A stretch of DNA of 64,000 bases, from contig CM039003.1 of assembly GCA_017499595.2 (NCBI GenBank), positions 2,356,001-2,420,000 on the forward strand, in the 5' to 3' direction. The DNA is from Psilocybe cubensis (taxonomy: Eukaryota). A program made the position numbers and the translations under genes. Every line of letters begins with the position of its first letter. The stretch's first letter is position 1. Shown here piece by piece: positions 63,233 to 64,000 of this stretch. Under the pieces are notes generated by a model. It had not been told where the DNA came from. It made no database searches and saw only the letters and a program-made list of their open reading frames with translations.

Positions 63233-64000
63233 TTAAAATGCAACATGCTGGAGTGTGCGTGTGCAATGTTCAACTGCGATGATGCGGACACCACGCAAAT
63301 TCTGTATCCTTTTCTGGAACATATTCCGAAGGTTTTCTATCACTGATTGGGGCTGGAGTTGCATATATTCGTTTGGTCGACACGTCCACAACTCTACTGG
63401 AGATGAGAACTTCATGATTGTGTGAGTGATCTCCCGTGGATTTTCTTCGCGACGTCCGTTTCCTTCAAAATATGTAAGAGAGCATTCATAGAAGTCGAGA
63501 GGCTTCCCAGACAGTGCGTTTTGGTGGGATACGGAAGGCACATATGCGATTGGATAGTCAAGGAATATGGCCGCCAAGGCAACAGCAAGTTCCATAGGGA
63601 TATCACTTGGGAGAGTATGGGAGGATGGCGTGGGTGATGTAGAAACTAGATCCAATAAAGAAACTAATAGTTGCACTATTTGTGTAGGGGGGTCGACCTT
63701 ACGTGTACATGTTAGTATCACTGACACGAAACAACCTCAGAGCTTGAGCTTACAATCTCAAAAGAGGCTCCAAGGTGAACGAATACTGGCCTCAAGCCAA
63801 TGTGTTCTTGGAATGACAAACATGTTGCAGGTTGATTGAAACTCTCGATCCGATGAAAAAGCAACCTTGTGTTCACGAAAAAGGATTGATCAAAGGATGG
63901 TTCGAATAGATGCAACACTGATGCAAAACAATCTCTGGTTCTAGTGTCCTGCAGAATTCTAGTAAGAATCGCACTTGAAACATCACAGAATGAGGCATAC
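63233..64000 (-). CDS. DUF4504/UPF0739 (C1orf74-like) protein, 5' end outside the window
   Basis: LAVALAAIFLDYPIAYVP, IMKFSSP and terminal TLQHVAF* resemble my recollection of DUF4504. An upstream exon (63918-63750) is linked via a GTAAGC donor. Confidence 0.6.

Overview
Eukaryotic, intron-rich fungal DNA. The short GT-AG introns with CTAAC/CTGAC branch sites, the microexons and the gene content point to an agaricomycete (mushroom-forming basidiomycete); this is inferred, not database-checked. In order, the window holds: an ABM-like alpha/beta-barrel gene; an Irc6/AAGAB(p34)-like gene; a probably very large SAM-dependent methyltransferase gene whose low-complexity N-terminal region carries five copies of a V-x-P-W-E motif; the MADS-box factor MCM1, flanked by long gene-free stretches; a Red1/ZFC3H1-like zinc-finger gene; an SDR; a stop-interrupted ABM-like paralog; RPAP1/RBA50; GSH2; a GH131 glucanase; a membrane-anchored aldo-keto reductase; proteasome beta6 (PRE7); ROT1; and a partial DUF4504-like gene. 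No tRNA, rRNA, CRISPR array, intact transposon or biosynthetic cluster was recognised. The most unusual signals are: (i) a ~300-nt TATA-preceded, four-domain, G-U-rich structured RNA candidate at 29916-30215 (-); (ii) three consecutive GC-AG introns in the hand-built full-length model of the Red1-like gene; (iii) a UAG at a Trp position conserved in an in-window paralog; (iv) the PWE-repeat/methyltransferase architecture with a possible 2.5-kb intron; (v) a spliced minus-strand unit downstream of MCM1 whose frame ends in SKL. All gene models were built by hand from splice signals and reading-frame continuity; family assignments rest on motif recognition, not searches.
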